The position numbers and the translations under genes were made by a program. From assembly GCA_950072105.1 (NCBI GenBank), contig CATMOE010000054.1:1-24901 (forward strand): a DNA stretch of 24,901 nt. Reading direction: 5' to 3'. The stretch comes from an uncultured Dehalococcoidia bacterium (GTDB lineage Bacteria; Chloroflexota; Dehalococcoidia; Lucifugimonadales; UBA3495). Positions 16,728-23,618 of the stretch are shown here, one piece after another. Every line of letters begins with the position of its first letter. Positions within the stretch are counted from its first letter, which is position 1. Below the pieces are notes generated by a model that worked only from the letters and a program-made list of their open reading frames with translations, was not told the origin of the DNA and made no database searches.

Positions 16728-17960
16728 ATGGCGACGACACAGCAGAAAGAGTACAGCGTGGGCGGTGTATTGATGCCCCGGCCGTTCAAGATTCGACGGT
16801 TGGGACACTTCGGCTTCAACGTGAACAGTCCCAAAGATTCTCTGACATTTTACCGGGACCTGCTGGGCTTCAAAATCTCGGATCACCTGGATTTCAAGGC
16901 GAACCCTCAGCGGGCAGAGATGCTGAAGGACGTGGCCGACGCCGGCGGTTACTTCATGCACCACGGCGGCGACCACCACTCCTTTGTCCTGTTCCCCAGA
17001 GAGGCGATGGACGTGATGGGACGCAACAGCGGCCACACTGGGGACGGCGATGTAACCATCAACCAGATCACTTGGCAGACCGGGTCACTGGAAGAAGTGG
17101 TGAACGGCGTGGGTTATTTCGACGAACGGGAAGTCCCCATCCGCCGCTCGGGCCGGGACATGCCGGGAAGCAACTGGCACACCTACGTCTGGGACCCGGA
17201 CGACAACATCAACGAGCTGTACTACGGTATCGAGCAGATCGGCTGGCTGGGACGAAGCAAACCCAGGGAGATGCACTACCGGGGTTTCGGGGAGAAACCT
17301 GGATTGCCCCAGATGTCGGAAGCGTTGGAAGTCGACGAGGCAGTGGAAAAGGGAATCGACATCTATTCGGGCACCAGAGACGTGGAAAACCTGCCGGCCA
17401 CCTTCGACGTGGAGGGCGTACTGCTGCCCCGGCCTTTCAAAATCACCAAGATCGGTCCGGTTAACCTGTTCGTCAATAACCTGGACAACGCCTTTGACTT
17501 TTACACCAACGACCTGGGGTTTGTGTTTACCGAGGAGAGCGTGTACAAGGGCCACCGGGTAGTGTTCCTGAGGAACGGCAACGAGCACCACAGCCTGGGC
17601 CTCTTCCCCAAAGCCTTGCGGCAAGAGCTGGGATGCAGTCCCCACACCTCATGCATGTCCTTCGGCGTGGAAGTCGGCAGCTATCAACAGCTAAGAAACG
17701 CGGTCGCCTTCCTAAAAGAACGGGGCGTTACCTTCAAGGAGATCCCCGAAGAACTGCACCCGGGCGTAGACTTCGCCGCCTACGCCACCGATCCCGACGG
17801 CCACATGATTCAGTTGTACTACTACATGGAGCAACTGGGTTGGCAGGGAACACCGCGCCCCAAAGATCTCAGGCGGAGCAACGGCGGCGAATGGCCGGAA
17901 ACCTTAGAACCCCTGTCCGACACCTACGTCGACCAGGTGTTCCAGGGACCGTTGGGGTAA
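16728..17960 (+). CDS. Internally duplicated VOC protein, extradiol dioxygenase-like
   Basis: The two halves begin VGGVLMPRPFKIRRLGH and VEGVLLPRPFKITKIGP, each with HHS and DPD motifs. AAGGAG RBS before ATG 16728. Confidence 0.88.
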   Translation: MATTQQKEYSVGGVLMPRPFKIRRLGHFGFNVNSPKDSLTFYRDLLGFKISDHLDFKANPQRAEMLKDVADAGGYFMHHGGDHHSFVLFPREAMDVMGRNSGHTGDGDVTINQITWQTGSLEEVVNGVGYFDEREVPIRRSGRDMPGSNWHTYVWDPDDNINELYYGIEQIGWLGRSKPREMHYRGFGEKPGLPQMSEALEVDEAVEKGIDIYSGTRDVENLPATFDVEGVLLPRPFKITKIGPVNLFVNNLDNAFDFYTNDLGFVFTEESVYKGHRVVFLRNGNEHHSLGLFPKALRQELGCSPHTSCMSFGVEVGSYQQLRNAVAFLKERGVTFKEIPEELHPGVDFAAYATDPDGHMIQLYYYMEQLGWQGTPRPKDLRRSNGGEWPETLEPLSDTYVDQVFQGPLG

Positions 17961-17989
17961 GACTGGATTTGGTTTGAAGCCAGGGGACG

Positions 17990-18097
17990 CACCCCCATCC
18001 CTTCGGCTGCGCTCAGGGCAGGCTCTAACCTTCCCTCGTAAAGGGGGAAGGGACTAATCTCCTCCCCCCTTGCGGGGGAGGATTAAGGTGGAGGGTG
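17990..18097. repeat. Composite repeat: two inverted CACCC-hairpin units, the first interrupted by a 25-bp TGAG..CGAA unit
   Basis: CACCCCCATCC[CTTCGGCTGCGCTCAGGGCAGGCTC]TAACCTTCCCTCGTAAAGGGGGAAGGGAC, then on the minus strand CACCCTCCACCTTAATCCTCCCCCGCAAGGGGGGAGGAG. Confidence 0.8.
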
Positions 18098-18117
18098 GTT
18101 CGCCACCGACGGACATC

Positions 18118-18157
18118 AAGAGAAAGAGGCTCCCGCGTTGGGGAGCCTCTTTCTCTT
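18118..18157. terminator. Bidirectional terminator-like hairpin
   Basis: Perfect 17-bp stem AAGAGAAAGAGGCTCCC / GGGAGCCTCTTTCTCTT between convergent genes. Confidence 0.85.
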
Positions 18158-18187
18158 ATTAAGGACGGTCGATTCAGCTATGAATCA

Positions 18188-19369
18188 TTAATCATAAGAG
18201 ACCTGCGCCTTTTCGAATGCCGCATCAATCTCATCACTCATAGCCGCGACGTCGGCGCATACGGCGTAACGAACGTAGGGGGGAAAGTGGACGCCTACCA
18301 TGCCGGTCTCTTCAATCATCATAAAGTTGAAGTGTTCGGCGCTCTCGACCTTTTGCCCAAAGGCATGGTCCGGCGCCAGCCACAGCGTGAAGAAACCGGC
18401 CGCCGGCTCCAGGGCTAGGCGCATTCCTCGGCCCGTCAATATCTTCGCGAGTAATCCCAGGCGGGACCGGTACATCTCCTTGACCAGGTAGATAGATTCC
18501 ATGTCTGTCTCAAAAGCCGCTACCACTCCCGCCGCCATGGGGGCGACGAACCCGGTGTCGGTCTTACCTTTAACCTCTTTGAAGTCTCCGACGAAATCGG
18601 AAGAACCCACCATCGCCCCAACATGCCACCCGGTACCGTTGCCGATGAGCTTTGCGGCGGTGAAGGCCTCCGTCCAGGAAAGATCGGGGTAATCGGGGGC
18701 TATGTCGGACAAACAAAGACTCTCGGGGCCATGGCTGAGGATGATGTAAGCCGCGTCGTTGAAGAGGCGTACGTCGTGGTCGCTGCAGTACTGGCAGATC
18801 TGCCTCAGCCAACCCTCGGTGGCCACCTGGCCGGAAGGGTTATGAGGGTAGTTCATCATGATTAAGCCGGTGCCATCTTTGATCTGATCCGGCGCGAACC
18901 GGAACTCGTTTCCGGGGTTGAGGGAAAGAGCGTAGTTGGTAGCGTAGGGGTGGTAGCCGCACCAATCCGCCGGAATTGGATATCCTGGGTCAGTGGTAGT
19001 TGCCACGGTTAACGGCTGGTTACCGCATCCGCAAGCCAGCGGGACCAGACCGAGCATGGGCTTGATTCCTGGCATCGCCAGATAGTCCACGTCGCCTTCT
19101 TGAAAGTCTCGTTTCACGTGGACCTGGATGAACCTTTGGGCGAAGTTGGGCACGCCGGGACTAGCGTTGTACTGATAGGTGTGCATCGCCTCGTCTTCGC
19201 TCATCACCGCGGCGGCCGCCGCCTGTCTGGCGCTGAGGAGCGCCGCGCCCTTGGGCTCGCCGATGGACAGGTCCAGAAGCTTGATGCCCGACGCCTCCGC
19301 CGCGGCTCGCTTGCCCCGGATGGTCTGGAGCACGTTTTCGCCACCCGCCGGCAGTCTCGATCCTCGCAT
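18188..19369 (-). CDS. PLP-dependent aminotransferase class I/II
   Basis: Motifs DLSIGEP, DPGYP, NYPHNPSG, DAAY and the PLP-lysine region TAAKLIGNGTGW. ATG 19369 has an upstream AAGGAG. Confidence 0.9.
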   Translation of the reverse strand: MRGSRLPAGGENVLQTIRGKRAAAEASGIKLLDLSIGEPKGAALLSARQAAAAAVMSEDEAMHTYQYNASPGVPNFAQRFIQVHVKRDFQEGDVDYLAMPGIKPMLGLVPLACGCGNQPLTVATTTDPGYPIPADWCGYHPYATNYALSLNPGNEFRFAPDQIKDGTGLIMMNYPHNPSGQVATEGWLRQICQYCSDHDVRLFNDAAYIILSHGPESLCLSDIAPDYPDLSWTEAFTAAKLIGNGTGWHVGAMVGSSDFVGDFKEVKGKTDTGFVAPMAAGVVAAFETDMESIYLVKEMYRSRLGLLAKILTGRGMRLALEPAAGFFTLWLAPDHAFGQKVESAEHFNFMMIEETGMVGVHFPPYVRYAVCADVAAMSDEIDAAFEKAQVSYD

Positions 19370-19431
19370 GTGGCTCTTTCTCCTTCTGGATGGGCTATCC
19401 GAAGCTGCGACGGATTCCCGATTCAGGTAGC

Positions 19432-19460
19432 ATGATGGCAACGGATATGCCCCCTGTCAA
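19432..19460 (-). promoter_or_regulatory. Putative sigma70-type promoter of the aminotransferase
   Basis: Minus strand TTGACA-17 bp-CATCAT with a TG extension. Confidence 0.5.
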
Positions 19461-19466
19461 CCGATG

Positions 19467-19503
19467 CCCTCACCCCCTCCCCCTCTCCCAGAGGGAGAGG
19501 GGA
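19467..19503 (+). repeat. Palindromic mini-element (CCCTCACCC family)
   Basis: CCCTCACCCCCTCCCCCTCTCCCAGAGGGAGAGGGGA, with a perfect 10-bp stem CCCCTCTCCC-AGA-GGGAGAGGGG. Confidence 0.85.
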
Positions 19504-19511
19504 GACCTCGC

Positions 19512-20504
19512 CTACTCCGGCAACTTGAACAACTGCTGGGCGTTTCCTGATGTGACCTGGGTAATCTCCTGAGCGGAAAAGCCGACTTGGCCGACACTGC
19601 CGATCGGGTCAGGGTCATCCACCGGGAAGGGGTAGTCGGTACCCAATAGAATTTTCTCGCTTCCAACCAGATCCCGCAGAAAACTCAGGGCCGCCGCATT
19701 GTGGACGATGGTGTCGTACCAGAATCGGCCTAAGTAGGCTGAAGGCGGCTGAGCCGAGGCCTCACCGGGTCCCATGTTTCGGTAGATCCTATCGAACCGG
19801 CCTATCTGGTAGGAAAAGAACCCGCCACCGTGGGAGAGGATCAGCTTCAGATCGGGGAAACGGTCCAACACGCCGCCGAATATCAAAGTGCCGACGCTGA
19901 CCGTGCTGTCGTAGATATATTGGACAATGACGTTGAGGCCGAAGTTGTGGGTTCTGGGAGCGGGCACCGGCTGGGTGGGATGGATAAAAATAGGCACATC
20001 CAGTTCCACTGCCGCAGCCCAAAAGTCGTCCAGAGGGGACTCGCCCAGATTGATGCCGTCAACGCTAGGAGCAACTACACCACCCAAAGCTCCCAATTCC
20101 TTGACCCCATATTCTAACTCGGTGGCGGCCCGGTGAGCGTCCTGGAGGGGGACCGACGCCAGCATGGACAGGCGCTCAGAGTGTTCCTGCACCTCTTCCC
20201 CCAACCGGTCATTCATCAACCGGTGCCAGCGGGCTCCGTCCTCCGCCGGCATCCCGTAACCGAACAGGTCGGCCCATACCGACAAGACTTGCCGGTCCAC
20301 GCCCTGTCGGGCCATTACCTCCCACCGGTCATCAAGGTCTAGCAAGGCGTGGTAGAAGGGCCGTAGGGTGAGGCCGTAGTCGTAGCACAAGCAACCACCG
20401 GCGCCGGGCGGACCATCTAAGCGGGAGCCATACAAGGACGGGTTTTGCTCCACCGCTTTCAATATGGACGCTGGAACGTAGTGGGCGTGGACATCAATTG
20501 TCAT
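19512..20504 (-). CDS. Amidohydrolase_2 family protein (ACMSD-like), third paralog
   Basis: Motifs IDVHAH, FIHP, SHGGG and GTDYPF; AAGGAG RBS. Confidence 0.93.
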   Translation of the reverse strand: MTIDVHAHYVPASILKAVEQNPSLYGSRLDGPPGAGGCLCYDYGLTLRPFYHALLDLDDRWEVMARQGVDRQVLSVWADLFGYGMPAEDGARWHRLMNDRLGEEVQEHSERLSMLASVPLQDAHRAATELEYGVKELGALGGVVAPSVDGINLGESPLDDFWAAAVELDVPIFIHPTQPVPAPRTHNFGLNVIVQYIYDSTVSVGTLIFGGVLDRFPDLKLILSHGGGFFSYQIGRFDRIYRNMGPGEASAQPPSAYLGRFWYDTIVHNAAALSFLRDLVGSEKILLGTDYPFPVDDPDPIGSVGQVGFSAQEITQVTSGNAQQLFKLPE

Positions 20505-20513
20505 GTTTTCTCC

Positions 20514-21311
20514 TTAAACGTCCATGATGGCTTTGCGCTGGCCGCCGTCCATGGAGATTGCCGCGCCGGTAACGAAGCTGGCCCGCTCCGACCCCAGAAA
20601 AACAACCATGTCGGCGACCTCTTCGGGGGTGCACAATCGTCCGATGGGGATGCTGCTGATCGCTCGCATTTGGGCTTCCTCCTCGGTGATCCCCTTCTCC
20701 CTGGACATGGTACGCACCAAACCCCACCAACGGTCCGTATCCACTGGACCGGGGTTTAAGGCATTGACCGTAATGCCAAAGGGCGCCAACTCTTCGGCGA
20801 TGGCTAGAGTGAAGTTGATCCCTGCCGCGTTGGCCGCTCCAGGCGTAATCTCAAAATAGATGGGCTTGATCCCGTCATTCCCAATAACATTGATGATGCG
20901 GCCCCAACCCCGCTCCTTCATGTACGGTATGGCCGCTTTGCAGGTACGCACATACCCCAGAAACTTCAGGTTCAGGCTTTGCATCCAGTCGGTTTCCTCC
21001 AGATATTGAAGGCTGCCGCCGGGAGAACTACCGGCGCAATTCACCAGGATGTCCAGGCGTCCAAAATGCTCCGCCGCCGTATCCACAAAGCGCCGCGCGT
21101 CGGCCTCGGTACCCAGGTCGGCCACGATGGGCAGGACTTGCCGGCCGGTTTCCTGGGCGATCTCCCCCGCGACCCGGTCGAGAGTTTCTTTGCCTCTGGC
21201 GCAGATCGCCACGTCAACCCCTTCCCGCGCCAAAGCCAGCGCTGAGGCCTTGCCGATACCCATGCTTCCCCCACCCACCAGGGCTACTCTGCCGCTTAGA
21301 CCCAATTCCAC
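20514..21311 (-). CDS. Atypical short-chain dehydrogenase/reductase
   Basis: Motifs GGSMGIG, GRLDILVNCAG, VNALNPG and FVTGAAISMDGG. AAGGAGG precedes GTG 21311. Confidence 0.92.
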   Translation of the reverse strand: MELGLSGRVALVGGGSMGIGKASALALAREGVDVAICARGKETLDRVAGEIAQETGRQVLPIVADLGTEADARRFVDTAAEHFGRLDILVNCAGSSPGGSLQYLEETDWMQSLNLKFLGYVRTCKAAIPYMKERGWGRIINVIGNDGIKPIYFEITPGAANAAGINFTLAIAEELAPFGITVNALNPGPVDTDRWWGLVRTMSREKGITEEEAQMRAISSIPIGRLCTPEEVADMVVFLGSERASFVTGAAISMDGGQRKAIMDV

Positions 21312-21448
21312 GATTGTCCTCCTTCCAAATACGTCCGGGGATTGACCACGCAGATCAACCGGAATATGCTTGCGAATAGGCGGCTGGAGCGTCCCTTTCG
21401 AAGGCTGCCTCCGCCTGGTTTCGAATAACAACGCCGTGGAGGTGTCTC

Positions 21449-21814
21449 ATGTCCATCATTCTAGACCACACCATCGTACCGGCCCACGACAAGGAAGCTT
21501 CGGCCAAGTTCTTCGCGGACATTTTCGGGCTTAGCTACGACGGCCCGGCGGGACACTTCGCTCCGGTTAAAGCCAACGATACCTTGACCCTGGACTTCGA
21601 CAACCGGGAAGGATTCGACAGCCACCACTACGCCTTCCACGTCGACGATCAGGAGTTCGATGATATTTTCGGCCGCATCAAAGACCGGGGAGTTACCTAC
21701 GGCAGCGGACCCCGGGACCTGGACGACATGCAGATCAATACCCGGCGAGGCGGCAAGGGTGTTTATTTCAAGGACCTAGACGGCCACATCCTCGAGCTTC
21801 TAACCCGCACCTAG
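21449..21814 (+). CDS. VOC family protein
   Basis: Motifs LDHTIV, HHYAFHV and GVYFKDLDGHILELLT; GGAGG RBS. Confidence 0.93.
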   Translation: MSIILDHTIVPAHDKEASAKFFADIFGLSYDGPAGHFAPVKANDTLTLDFDNREGFDSHHYAFHVDDQEFDDIFGRIKDRGVTYGSGPRDLDDMQINTRRGGKGVYFKDLDGHILELLTRT

Positions 21815-21841
21815 CCGGGCTAGAGCTAAACCACCCAGCGT

Positions 21842-22348
21842 TTACACCTCAACGACCTGCGTTCCCGCGATCATATCGTGGATGCAGGGGCGGTCGCCTC
21901 GGAAAATGAACAGGATGTCGACCAAGCCGTACAAAGGAATGATCCCCAGCAGGCCGTTGACGATGAGCCGCAGCAGCACGTTGGGAACAAAGCCGCCGTT
22001 CTCCCCTGTATCCATTTTTACGATGCGGATCCTCAGCGCCTTCTTACCCAATGTCTGCCCGTCTTTGATGAGCAGTACCATCTGGTAAACGAAAACGATG
22101 AGAATGGCGACGACAATGAAAACGCCGGAGACCGTCTCTCCACCCGGCCCGTGAACGAGCAAAGGAGTGACCACTGCCAGGATCACCGGCGGGATCACAT
22201 AGACGAATCCATCTAAGATGAACGCGCCCAACCGGGCGATCCTATCGGCGAGCTTAGCCGATGCCCTTGCGGAGATCAGCGAAGTTCCGCAATTAGAGCA
22301 ATATCCGGCTCCCTCTGCATTGTCCGCGTGACAATTCGGGCATTCCAT
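21842..22348 (-). CDS. RDD family membrane protein with N-terminal zinc ribbon
   Basis: CPNC...CSNCG zinc ribbon; motifs RLGAFILD, GQTLGKK and HDMIAGTQVV. Confidence 0.92.
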   Translation of the reverse strand: MECPNCHADNAEGAGYCSNCGTSLISARASAKLADRIARLGAFILDGFVYVIPPVILAVVTPLLVHGPGGETVSGVFIVVAILIVFVYQMVLLIKDGQTLGKKALRIRIVKMDTGENGGFVPNVLLRLIVNGLLGIIPLYGLVDILFIFRGDRPCIHDMIAGTQVVEV

Positions 22349-22379
22349 GGCTCAATTCCTGGCGTGTCCGGAGCCGGTC

Positions 22380-23414
22380 TTAACCGCAGGCCAGCGCGTA
22401 AACCTGGGTCGCTCCTTCGGGCAGCGGGTAGGCGTTCCAGGACTCTCCCCGGTCCAGGCTGCCGAACACTTGTCCACCGTTGGTGGCGCAGTACATGCGG
22501 CCGCGTTGGTGTTCATCGAAGGCGACGCCGAACATCGTGCTATTAGCCTCGAACCCCATGTCGACACGCTCCCAGGTGGCGCCAACGTCTTTGCTCCGAA
22601 ACAAGACGCCCAGGTCGCTCTGGAAGTTGCCGCCCGCAGCCACCCAGACAGTCTTGGGGTCTCCCGGCACCTCTTTAATGCCCCGGCAGTAGGTCTGTCC
22701 CTTGGCGTTCAGGGGCTCCAGATCGACGTGGGTCCAGTGGTCGCCACGGTCAGTGCTGCGGAACATGCCGGCTCTGGAGATACTGAGAACGGTCCCGGGG
22801 CTAAGCGAACTGGCCATGACGCCGTGCATGTCCACGAAATCGTCGTTCGCGTACAGTCCGTGGCTCAGATTCTCCCAGGATTCACCGCCGTCCACCGTGC
22901 GGATGAGGCCGCCAACTTCGATGGCGCCGTATAGCTCGCCGGAGTCGGCGGCGCTGGCGGACATCATCAATATCCGCTTGGCCGGATTTGCGCCCGGAGC
23001 CATGGTCACTTCGGGGAAGCGGACGCTGATGGGGATGGGCTGCCAGTTCTCCCCGCCATCCTCGCTCCGGTAAATCTCACAAGCCTCGTAGCCGGCGTAC
23101 ATCACATTTGAGTCTCTGGGGGAGTAAAGCAATGACCACACGGGCTGGCCGTGATCCGGCACGTTGACCTTCTCCCAATGTTCCCCGTGGTCAGTGCTGC
23201 GATAGGGTCCTTCTTGGGTGCCGGCGTACACGATCTCCGGTTTTTGGGGATGGATCGCCAAGGCCCGGATCGCGGGGGCTTCGGGCAGGCCGCTGCCCTT
23301 CAACTCCCACTCGGTTTCGCCTTCCGCCAGCCGGTATAGTCCGGACTTGACTGTCCGTCCGGGAGCGGTTTCCCCCGCCAGACCCACATATGCATATGAT
23401 TTGTTCGCCGCCAT
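22380..23414 (-). CDS. BNR/Asp-box repeat beta-propeller protein (WD40/YVTN/VPS10-like)
   Basis: Repeated RS.D.G..W boxes (RSTDHGEHW, RSEDGGENW, RTVDGGESW, RSTDRGDHW, RSKDVGATW, SLDRGESW); no signal peptide. Confidence 0.9.
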   Translation of the reverse strand: MAANKSYAYVGLAGETAPGRTVKSGLYRLAEGETEWELKGSGLPEAPAIRALAIHPQKPEIVYAGTQEGPYRSTDHGEHWEKVNVPDHGQPVWSLLYSPRDSNVMYAGYEACEIYRSEDGGENWQPIPISVRFPEVTMAPGANPAKRILMMSASAADSGELYGAIEVGGLIRTVDGGESWENLSHGLYANDDFVDMHGVMASSLSPGTVLSISRAGMFRSTDRGDHWTHVDLEPLNAKGQTYCRGIKEVPGDPKTVWVAAGGNFQSDLGVLFRSKDVGATWERVDMGFEANSTMFGVAFDEHQRGRMYCATNGGQVFGSLDRGESWNAYPLPEGATQVYALACG

Positions 23415-23480
23415 AATTCGTCCTCCATACTAGCCGGTCAAGAAAAAGGGTAATTGCCCGGCTGTTCGTTGAATGGCCCC

Positions 23481-23509
23481 ATTCCACCAGAAAGCCTTAG
23501 CCTTGTCAA
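23481..23509 (-). promoter_or_regulatory. Putative sigma70-type promoter of the BNR-RDD pair
   Basis: Minus strand TTGACA-17 bp-TGGAAT with a TG extension. Confidence 0.5.
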
Positions 23510-23618
23510 TCGTGTCCCCCTTCTCGGCGAGACAATGGGCGGCATCCCGCGGAGATTGGGACTTGGGCAACGGATTCCGCATTATCATAACCTTCCAGCC
23601 GCGCATGCGGCAGTCCGG

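Noticed and set aside
18095..18418. 107-aa plus-strand ORF after the composite repeat, considered as a possible mobilising nuclease
   Set aside because: It runs through the terminator hairpin and antisense to the aminotransferase, with no nuclease motif.
19370..19441. Longer start for the aminotransferase
   Set aside because: The TTG lies inside the predicted promoter spacer, and the RBS supports ATG 19369.
4587..19503. CRISPR array or IS element
   Set aside because: The repeats are dispersed rather than regularly spaced with unique spacers, and no cas, transposase or integrase gene is present.
21312..21431. Longer start for the SDR
   Set aside because: AAGGAGG precedes GTG 21311 and the extension has no SDR-like sequence.
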